Assembly: GCA_041665025.1 (NCBI GenBank)
Contig: JBAYJP010000002.1
Span: 128,691-192,690, forward strand
Direction of reading: 5' to 3'
DNA length: 64,000 bases
Source: Candidatus Magasanikiibacteriota bacterium
Lineage (GTDB): Bacteria > Patescibacteriota > Patescibacteriia > Magasanikbacterales > UBA922
Within the stretch, counting starts at the first letter, position 1; every line of letters begins with the position of its first letter. Shown here one piece after another: positions 9,792 through 16,542 of this stretch. The position numbers and the translations under genes are program-made. The notes beneath the pieces are model-generated. The model did no database searches and was not told where the DNA came from. It saw only the letters and a list, made by a program, of their open reading frames with translations.

Positions 9792-10211
9792 TTGATTACT
9801 GTGGCCATCATATCAACATTTTATAGCATCTTGATACCCATTGAAAACCTAAGAAGGGTTTTATCAAAAGAACAACTACAAGAAATTCTCCCTAAAAGAA
9901 CTTGCTATGGAGGAATTTGGTTTGATGATTATTTGTATTGTGAGATATCTATGGGACCAGCGGATAATGAGGCTATTGTTGAGTTTTGGAAAGAAAAGGG
10001 GTTAGTGCCATTTGAGACCAGAGACGGCAAACAATACTGGAACGAATTGTGTTTGATCCCATCTCCGGATAATCAGCCAACTTTGCCTTGTGATTGGGTA
10101 GAAATTAGATATGAAGATAAGCATGGATACTGCTATAATTTAAGGGGCAAACCACAAGGTGAAATTGTGAGAGGACCGAAACCAGTAAAAAATTTCTTTG
10201 ATCTCAACTAA
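9792..10211 (+). CDS. Hypothetical protein
   Basis: 139-aa ORF starting 2 nt after the previous stop (operon). Confidence 0.5.
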   Translation: MITVAIISTFYSILIPIENLRRVLSKEQLQEILPKRTCYGGIWFDDYLYCEISMGPADNEAIVEFWKEKGLVPFETRDGKQYWNELCLIPSPDNQPTLPCDWVEIRYEDKHGYCYNLRGKPQGEIVRGPKPVKNFFDLN

Positions 10212-10245
10212 TTATTTAACAATCCTTATAATAAAGCGTATAAAC

Positions 10246-10278
10246 AAAAAAGCGGGCGAAGCCCGCGTTCTTGTTTTT
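10246..10278 (+). terminator. Rho-independent terminator
   Basis: GCGGGC-GAA-GCCCGC stem followed by GTTCTTGTTTTT. Confidence 0.7.
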
Positions 10279-10712
10279 AAGTTTTTAGTTCTCTAATCGT
10301 TTACAACGTTCACATAGTCTACGTCCATCAGTACCTTGTCTAAGATTTTCTTTTTCTATATTATTACCCTCTGTACATTTATTAGAATTATGATAAACTT
10401 TTATCCATGTTAACTTTGAATGATAAGGTTGTACTTTCATATAGTAATAGTAATAGTAATAGTAATATTAAAATTAATTATTTATAAGTTGTTAATTTTT
10501 TGAAGACCTGCTATAATTAATTTGTTAGGGTAATTATAACTTGCAGGAAGACGCGATTAATTAACGATTGTTGCGTCTTTTTTATTGGGTATTTTGATTG
10601 ACATATATCTACTGTTAGATAATAATATTTTAACCTATGCGGTAAGTCTTGTCAATAGCTACTTATACCCACCGCTTGACTTTCTTATTACTATCAGATA
10701 AAATCAAAATAT

Positions 10713-11048
10713 ATGGATAACAATACCAAACAAATAATTGGAGGCAACATCCGCGCAAAACGGGAGGCCTTGGGTTTATCCCAAGAAGAACTCGCCCAAA
10801 AAGTAGGAAAGCAAACTGCTACTTATATAGCTTTTATTGAAAAAGGTGAAAGAAATATAACCACAGTAGATTTAATGGCGATAGCTAAACAGCTTGGCAC
10901 TACTGTTGCGGTTCTTATTGGTGAAGATAAAAAGGCAAAAACACCTTCTGTCGTTGATGTTTTAAGGTCTGCAAAAGAACTCAGTAAAGCTGACCGCGAA
11001 AAAATTGAAGCTATTTATAACTTTGCTAAAAACAAAAAAGATGAGTAA
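10713..11048 (+). CDS. XRE-family helix-turn-helix transcriptional regulator
   Basis: GNIRAKREALGLSQEELAQKVG..TYIAFIEKGERN is the Cro/C1 HTH signature. Confidence 0.85.
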   Translation: MDNNTKQIIGGNIRAKREALGLSQEELAQKVGKQTATYIAFIEKGERNITTVDLMAIAKQLGTTVAVLIGEDKKAKTPSVVDVLRSAKELSKADREKIEAIYNFAKNKKDE

Positions 11049-11556
11049 TGACTACGAAAGTGTATCTGATGATTTGTTGACCCCCAACTTAAAGGGAGCC
11101 AGACTTAGAGCTAAGAATATTTGGAATGAATTTTGTGGAGCAAAAATACCGGTAAAACTTAATGACATAATCCAAAAAATGGGGATTGATATTCGGGGAG
11201 AGGATCTAAATTCTGCCGATGCCATCACAAGAATGGATAGCAACGGCGTTTGCTGTATGGTTTATGACCAAAATAGTTCCGTTGTGAGGAAAAGATTCAC
11301 AATAGCACACGAAATAGGACACTTAGCAATGGAACACACATCATCGTGGGGAGGGTGTAATCAGTTTTCAAAAAAATCTCAGGAAAAGGAGGCTGATGCT
11401 TTTGCTGGTGAACTGTTAGTGCCATCTGAAGACTTGAAGGAATTTACTAAACAAAAACGCACAATTCAAGAAATAATGAGTAGATACTGGATAAGTAATC
11501 CTGCGGCCTTTGTGGCAGTGCAAAATAATCGTTTATTAGATAGGATTAAAATATAA
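11041..11556 (+). CDS. ImmA/IrrE-family zinc metallopeptidase (partner of the XRE regulator)
   Basis: HEIGHLAMEH (HEXXH). Start overlaps the XRE stop by 8 nt. The XRE+ImmA pairing is typical of phage/ICE immunity modules. Confidence 0.8.
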   Translation: MSNDYESVSDDLLTPNLKGARLRAKNIWNEFCGAKIPVKLNDIIQKMGIDIRGEDLNSADAITRMDSNGVCCMVYDQNSSVVRKRFTIAHEIGHLAMEHTSSWGGCNQFSKKSQEKEADAFAGELLVPSEDLKEFTKQKRTIQEIMSRYWISNPAAFVAVQNNRLLDRIKI

Positions 11557-11689
11557 TTTTACTGTGTATTTCCCACATAAAAAATTTGGCAGTTGGTTAT
11601 ATCATGTTTAATCTATTAGGTATTTGGAAAAGACAAAATAATACTTTTTAACTTTACTGCTGTGATACCAGCGTCGTATCTTTTATCAA

Positions 11690-11770
11690 AATAGTTCTGA
11701 CGTCTTTCACTAATTAAGCTCTCGTTAAAACTTCGCTTAACAAGCGTAGTTTTTTGTTTACCCTTACGTG
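11690..11770 (+). repeat. Copy 1 of a repeated sRNA-3'/terminator module
   Basis: GTTCTGACGTCTTTCACTAATTAAGCTCTCGTTAAAACTTCGCTTAACAAGCGTAGTTTTTTGTTTACC matches 14660-14735 and 16446-16490. Confidence 0.5.
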
Positions 11771-11795
11771 TGAGTAGAACAAGGCAGTAAAACTA

Positions 11796-11824
11796 TTGAC
11801 AAAAAGGAGATTTTATGCTATACT
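11796..11824 (+). promoter_or_regulatory. Consensus sigma70-type promoter reading into the GC-rich cassette
   Basis: TTGACA-N17-TATACT in AT-rich DNA. A structured leader (inverted repeats) follows, then the GGAGAGG RBS of the first GC-rich ORF. Confidence 0.6.
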
Positions 11825-11989
11825 TTTCGGTTCGATTATAATTCGAACTGTGCTCTTTTTAGCAAAAAATTAGATTAAAAAGACTTGGGTCACAAGAGAA
11901 CTAAATTATTTTAGTTTTGTTTTGACCCAGGTCTCGTTTGCTTGGTTGCGACGAGACTCCGAGACGGATAACACGGAGAGGTGATACCG

Positions 11990-13045
11990 ATGGACCGCAC
12001 CGAACTGACCACCCTCGCCACCCGCCTGCTCAACCCCATCGCCGGCCTGCACAAGCAGGTGATCGCCAGCTTCGACACCCCCCAGGTGGGCCCGTACCAC
12101 CAGGAGGGGAACTACCTGGTCGACCACCTCATCCGAATGTTCAACGAGTGGAGACGCCTCGCCGGCAGACCCGAGATGTCCGAGGTCCTCGAGGTCGCCC
12201 TCAACCAGGTCGAGTACCACATCGAAAACGGTGAGGACCTCATCGCCCTCTACATCGTCCTCCACGACGCGTGGAAGGGTGACGAGGTGATGCAGGTGAA
12301 GCTCGACGGTCTGCCCGAGATGACCATGACGCGCAAGTCCTGGGCCAAGTGGGTCAAGACCATGGGCTCGCAGGACAAGGACCCCGTCGACATCGCCAAG
12401 GCCAAGGGCATGCTGCAGGTCTCCTACGAAGACCACGCGGAAGTCGCTGCCGTACAGCTTGAGTGCTTCACCGAAACCCTCAAGCTGCCGGAGTGGTTCG
12501 TGCGCGTAGTTCTGCTGCACATGGTGGCCATCCAGCTCGCTCAGGTGAACGTCCCGCTCTACGAGCGGTCGTTCGCCAACCTGCCCGAGGAGGCCTGGCA
12601 GTTCCTGACGGTCGTGACCTGGCTCGACGCTCAGGGTGCGGTCGGGGAAGACGGCAACTGCAACATCTCCGGCTGGAACAACCTCATCTCGTCCAAGTGG
12701 GCCGCCGAGAGCTACAGGCGCGTCGAGCGCGCCATCAGGAAGGCGGACCGACTGGACGGGCAGAAGATGGAGCGCGCTCTGTCCGATCTGCGCAATTCGC
12801 ACGACATCTTCCACAACGAGACGCCGGATGAGTCCATCGACCGCCTGAAGCGCGAGTGCGCGCTGCCCAAGGTCACGGAGGCTGACGTCCGCAACGCGCT
12901 GGCCAACATCGAGGGCCTGGGCGAAGCGCTCATCGCGACCATCGCGGCCGAGATGGCCACGGACGGCAAGCTGAGCCCGGACACGGGCAGGGCGCTCGGC
13001 CGGTTCAACAAGCCGGTCCGCGACGCGCTCAAGAGCCTCGGCTGA
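11990..13045 (+). CDS. HD-motif (LHDxxK) putative metal-dependent phosphohydrolase encoded in very GC-rich foreign DNA. ATG at 11990 is preferred to the GTG at 11981.
   Basis: GPYHQEG...YIVLHDAWKGDE resembles HD-domain His / His-Asp motifs. Strong codon bias. RBS GGAGAGG 7 nt upstream. Confidence 0.6.
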   Translation: MDRTELTTLATRLLNPIAGLHKQVIASFDTPQVGPYHQEGNYLVDHLIRMFNEWRRLAGRPEMSEVLEVALNQVEYHIENGEDLIALYIVLHDAWKGDEVMQVKLDGLPEMTMTRKSWAKWVKTMGSQDKDPVDIAKAKGMLQVSYEDHAEVAAVQLECFTETLKLPEWFVRVVLLHMVAIQLAQVNVPLYERSFANLPEEAWQFLTVVTWLDAQGAVGEDGNCNISGWNNLISSKWAAESYRRVERAIRKADRLDGQKMERALSDLRNSHDIFHNETPDESIDRLKRECALPKVTEADVRNALANIEGLGEALIATIAAEMATDGKLSPDTGRALGRFNKPVRDALKSLG

Positions 13046-13187
13046 CGACCACAACCCCGAACCCCGGGCGAAAGGGGTGACAGTTCGGAAAGACGGACAA
13101 CTCTCGTGTGTCGCGTACGTTCGTACGTAGTGCGATAGTCGAGGAAATACGCGCGGGGAGCTGGATGCAAAAGCGTTCAGCACCCCG

Positions 13188-13255
13188 TGGATTTTCCGGT
13201 GAGACCGGAACTGATGAGTCCTTTAACGATAGAATACGACAGGACGAAATCCAAA
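13188..13255 (+). ncRNA. Type III hammerhead ribozyme (HH1)
   Basis: GGAU-U|UUCCGG-UGAGA-CCGGAA-CUGAUGA-GUCC-(20 nt loop)-GGAC-GAAA-UCC. Full conserved core. Predicted cleavage after 13194. Confidence 0.8.
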
Positions 13256-13407
13256 AACTGTTCTTTACAATTCGACATGGTTCTTAAATAAAAAAACGGA
13301 CGTGGGTCAACACATGGCCAGGAGTTCTCCTGGACAGATGGACCCCACGTCCGGAGGTTTTGGTCAACCACCGGATGAACTTCGAACGCACACACGGAGG
13401 TGCACTC

Positions 13408-14373
13408 ATGACCCAGTTCACGAATGCGGTGACGCACAGCGGCGACATGCACCCGGACGACGTCATGGCGGGTGGCTTCCTCAAGGAGACCAACCCCGGC
13501 ATCCGCTTCGTCCGCACCCGCGACAAGACCGTGCTCGAGGCGGCGATGTCCGACGACGACACCGTCGTCTACGACGTCGGCTTCGTGTACGACGAGTCGC
13601 GGAACTGCTACGACCACCACCAGCGGCAGAACGCCCCCAACCCCCGCCCGAACGGCGTGCCGTTCTCGAGCTTCGGGCTCCTGTGGCAGCGCTTCGGCCT
13701 GTCCTACTGCGAGCGCCTCGTGGCCAAGTACGGCAAGGACATCGACCCCGCCCAACTCCACGAGCTCATCGACCACGAGCTGGTCCAGGGCATCGACGTC
13801 ATCGACACCGGCGCGGTGGACAACCCCCGCTTCCAGCCGAAGGTCGGCGAGGTGTCCGTCGAGGTCAAGACCTTCGCGCTGGCCCTGTTCGAGCTCGCCC
13901 CCCAGCCGCTCCTGTTCGAGATCCCGCCTTACGACGAGGCCTACAACCAGGCCACCGACATCGCCGCGGTCTTCCTGAACCGCTTCGCCGAGGCCTGCCT
14001 GGCCAAGCTCTGCGGGCGTCAGCTTCTCGTGACCGGCCGCCGGGTCGAGGAGTGCGTCGTCGTGTCGCCCAAGGTCATCCCGGACTGGAGCGACGTCGTC
14101 AGCGCGGAGTTCCCCGAGACCCTCTACTACCTCGAGCCGGACACCAACGACCAGACGGGCAAGGCCTACATGCTGTGGCAGGTGCCCGTCGAGCCGCGGG
14201 GCTTCGTCGGCCGCAAGTCGCTCCCGGAGAGCTGGGCCGGCAAGCGCGGCACGGACCTCGTGGCCGTGACCGGCATCGAGGGCTCGGGCTTCTGCCACGT
14301 CGGGTGCTTCGTGGGCGGCGGCGAGACCCTCGAGGCGACGCTCGCGATGGCGAAGGCGGCCATCGCGGCGTAG
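13408..14373 (+). CDS. MYG1/UPF0160-family metal-dependent hydrolase homologue (GC-rich foreign gene)
   Basis: N-terminal THSGDMHPDDVMAGGFL and YDHHQ motifs recalled as the MYG1 signature. Start taken at MTQFTNAV (13408). Confidence 0.7.
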   Translation: MTQFTNAVTHSGDMHPDDVMAGGFLKETNPGIRFVRTRDKTVLEAAMSDDDTVVYDVGFVYDESRNCYDHHQRQNAPNPRPNGVPFSSFGLLWQRFGLSYCERLVAKYGKDIDPAQLHELIDHELVQGIDVIDTGAVDNPRFQPKVGEVSVEVKTFALALFELAPQPLLFEIPPYDEAYNQATDIAAVFLNRFAEACLAKLCGRQLLVTGRRVEECVVVSPKVIPDWSDVVSAEFPETLYYLEPDTNDQTGKAYMLWQVPVEPRGFVGRKSLPESWAGKRGTDLVAVTGIEGSGFCHVGCFVGGGETLEATLAMAKAAIAA

Positions 14374-14477
14374 CGCGGATCAAATCCGCGCAGAGGACCA
14401 TGTCGGCTACTGATTCAGTCGGCGGCGCAAGCTGCTGAAGGAGTCGTAGACGTCGGGGTGTGTATTTCACGCACCCC

Positions 14478-14538
14478 GGTCCTCTACTGATAATGTCAGT
14501 ACTGATGAGCCCATTTGTTTATGCAGGGCGAAAGGACA
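14478..14538 (+). ncRNA. Type III hammerhead ribozyme (HH2)
   Basis: GGUCCU-C|UACUGA-UAAUG-UCAGUA-CUGAUGA-GCCC-(13 nt loop)-GGGC-GAAA-GGAC. Full conserved core. Predicted cleavage after 14484. Confidence 0.8.
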
Positions 14539-14542
14539 AATT

Positions 14543-14575
14543 AAAAACCACTTATAGTAATATGAGTGGTTTTTA
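14543..14575 (+). terminator. Bidirectional intrinsic terminator (start of repeated module copy 2)
   Basis: AAAAACCACT-TATAGTAATAT-GAGTGGTTTTT. Confidence 0.65.
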
Positions 14576-14611
14576 ATTAGAAATAAGATTTATTATTGTG
14601 AATTTGCAGAG

Positions 14612-14640
14612 TTGACCAAAACTAAATTATGCGTTATACT
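14612..14640 (+). promoter_or_regulatory. Consensus promoter inside the repeated module
   Basis: TTGACC-N17-TATACT. The homologous copy at 16197-16225 reads TTGGCC-N17-TATATT. Confidence 0.5.
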
Positions 14641-14646
14641 CATCGG

Positions 14647-14724
14647 CAGTTTCAATACTTCGGTTCTAACCTCCTTTACTAAGGAGCTCTCAATAAAACT
14701 TCGCTCAAACAGCGTAGTTTTTTG
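14647..14724 (+). ncRNA. Candidate small RNA (about 80 nt) ending in an intrinsic terminator. A paralogous copy lies at about 16232-16316 and a 3' fragment at 11690-11750.
   Basis: Promoter about 7 nt upstream. Internal hairpin CCTCC-TTTACTAA-GGAG. Terminator CTTCGCT-CAAAC-AGCGTAG plus TTTTTT. Homologous 5' part (TCGGCAGTTT..GTTCTAA) in copy 2. Confidence 0.35.
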
Positions 14725-14759
14725 TTTACCCGCAAGTGTGAGTAGAACCGAGCTGCAGA

Positions 14760-15548
14760 CTATTTCAAACTATTCCATAGCATTTCCCATACAAACCGTT
14801 GGTTGTCTGCATTTGCTTGGTCTTCAATAATTACTAAGATCATACTGTCCCACGACACGGTCATGACGCGATCACCATAAATGATGGTATGACTTTTGAA
14901 AAATTTCCCATCTGGTAAAAATTTTACATCGCGCAATTCTTCTTTTGCCCGCTTAGCTTCCTGTAAGCCAAATTTAGATTTTTCTACAATTATCCTGGCT
15001 TTTATCCCACGTCTAATTCTTTCCTTAGTAAATTTCTTGTATTCTTCAGGAAAAATCGTTAGAAGTTCGGTTGATGTCCCATAGACCAAATTTTCTTTTT
15101 GGGTCATGTCGTGCCTTATCCTGTCCAAATAGGCCTGCCATACATTTTCTTTACCCTCATAATACAAGACCTTTGGTTTTTTATTTGTTTTATTTTGAAT
15201 GGCACGAAGCTCCGGTAAAAGATTAATAAAAGAAATTTCTTTATCATGTAACGATTGATAAATTTTGTCCGGATCAACTGCTTCCAGCAGTCTTTTTTTA
15301 CCACTCGGCGTTTGTTGAACAAGACCTTTGCTAATAAGATCATCCAAAACATCGTATGTAGACACACGGTGTAGGGATGCTACCTTAGCAATATTTTGTA
15401 CAGGCGCAGGCCCTAATTGTAGACAAGCCAAATAAACCTTAGCTTCTTTTATGCTTAGCCCAAATTCTTGAAGTTGCGTTGGAGTAATCATAGATGTTGT
15501 AGAGAAAATACTACATTTTAGTATATAACAATACCAACAATTAATCAA
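14760..15548 (-). CDS. TrmB-like winged-helix transcriptional regulator (paralogue 1 of 3)
   Basis: N-terminus LQEFGLSIKEAKVYLACLQLGPAPVQNIAKVASLHRVSTYDVLDDLISKGLV is the TrmB HTH signature. Confidence 0.7.
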   Translation of the reverse strand: MINCWYCYILKCSIFSTTSMITPTQLQEFGLSIKEAKVYLACLQLGPAPVQNIAKVASLHRVSTYDVLDDLISKGLVQQTPSGKKRLLEAVDPDKIYQSLHDKEISFINLLPELRAIQNKTNKKPKVLYYEGKENVWQAYLDRIRHDMTQKENLVYGTSTELLTIFPEEYKKFTKERIRRGIKARIIVEKSKFGLQEAKRAKEELRDVKFLPDGKFFKSHTIIYGDRVMTVSWDSMILVIIEDQANADNQRFVWEMLWNSLK

Positions 15549-15669
15549 TTTAGCTAAAATTAAATAAAAAATAGCTATTTTATAACAGTCTATACGTAGA
15601 ACTTTATTGACAGAATAAAAAAATATTATAAGGTTAGTTAAGATCCATCAACCGGTATGGAGGGACCAC

Positions 15670-16020
15670 ATGGAGTGGCACAATTGGGGTAAACGCCCGA
15701 ACTCTCAAACCATGAGGCATATGGTAGAGTGGGAGGAGTGCCCTTATTGCGGGCATAGAGAAAAAGATTTTCTTAACTTCATTGTTGGTTTCTCAAATAG
15801 TGAAGATATTTTTACCAAAAGCACTTGGGGAGAAAATATCTTGTGGGGCGCAGAAGCCTTGGAGTGCCCAGTATGCTTTGAAAATTCTTGGAGACATACA
15901 AAATATCGGAACCCGGACACTTTTTCCTGCCTTGTGGGTGAGGGTAAAATAGTGCTTCGCGTGCCAGGGGCAGACGAGGCCTTTCACACCATGCTCGAGA
16001 TGCACAAACAGAAAGAATAG
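15670..16020 (+). CDS. Zinc-ribbon hypothetical protein (two CxxC pairs)
   Basis: CPYCGH ... CPVCFEN. Moderately GC-enriched. Followed by GC hairpins at 16040-16110. Confidence 0.5.
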   Translation: MEWHNWGKRPNSQTMRHMVEWEECPYCGHREKDFLNFIVGFSNSEDIFTKSTWGENILWGAEALECPVCFENSWRHTKYRNPDTFSCLVGEGKIVLRVPGADEAFHTMLEMHKQKE

Positions 16021-16126
16021 TCCCGTGTATCTCGTCCGACTGGCTGGGTGCGACCACAAGTCAGCCCAGCCTCCTTGAGTGGTAATATTTATTACCTCTT
16101 GAGGAGGACTGACTTGTGTAAAAATA

Positions 16127-16260
16127 TAAAACCACTTATAGCAATATGAGTGGTTTTTGATTAAAGAGAATTATTTACTGTTGTGAATTTACCGAGTTGG
16201 CCAAAACTAAATTATGCGTTATATTCGTCGGCAGTTTGAGCACCTCAGTTCTAATGTTAA
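16127..16260 (+). repeat. Copy 3 of the terminator-promoter-sRNA module (about 85% identical to 14543-14675)
   Basis: AAAACCACTTATAGCAATATGAGTGGTTTTT ... TTGGCC-N17-TATATT ... TCGGCAGTTTGAGCACCTCAGTTCTAA. Confidence 0.55.
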
Positions 16261-16426
16261 GTACTAATGAGCTCAAATAAAATCACTCCAATTTGTTGGG
16301 GTGATTTTATTTTGTACTGTAAAGGGGAACCGAACGGGAAAGGGAGAAAACGGTAGTTTTCTCTTGCCGAGGAAAGTTCACGAAAACCCGAAGGTTTTCG
16401 TGGGAGGAGCCTAGGGCGACGAATGA

Positions 16427-16449
16427 GATTTCTCCTTGCCCGCTCACCA
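16427..16449 (+). repeat. Degenerate direct repeat of the tRNA-Gly 3' end (candidate distal att site of the integrated element)
   Basis: GATTTCTCCTTGCCCGCTCACCA versus tRNA 4058-4077 GATTCTCCTTGCCCGCTCCA. A 15-mer is identical and the rest differs by two 1-nt indels. Confidence 0.5.
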
Positions 16450-16542
16450 TAAAACTTCGCTCAAACAGCGTAGTTTTTGTTTACCGGTAAGGAGAAAACA
16501 ATCGCGGTCGAAGCGACTTGTGATTGTTTAAAAGAGGACTAA

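Noticed and set aside
10441-10466. Tandem (AGTAAT)x4 and other short microsatellites (AAGATTAAA x3 at 30880-30905, (TC)6 at 53435)
   Set aside because: They are too short and have no spacer structure, so they are not CRISPR. No repeat-spacer array exists anywhere in the window.
11070-11090. CTGATGA heptamer inside the ImmA gene
   Set aside because: There are no flanking stems and no GAAA partner, so it is not a hammerhead core.
11906-14470. Long antisense or alternative-frame ORFs inside the GC-rich cassette (11906-13183, 13177-14298, 13302-14438, 12463-12831, 12712-13170, 14099-14470 and others)
   Set aside because: High-GC DNA produces long stop-free frames on all strands. These ORFs are Arg/Pro/Gly/Ala-rich low-complexity translations without RBSs. 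The co-linear plus-strand ORFs carry real motifs (HD-like, MYG1-like).
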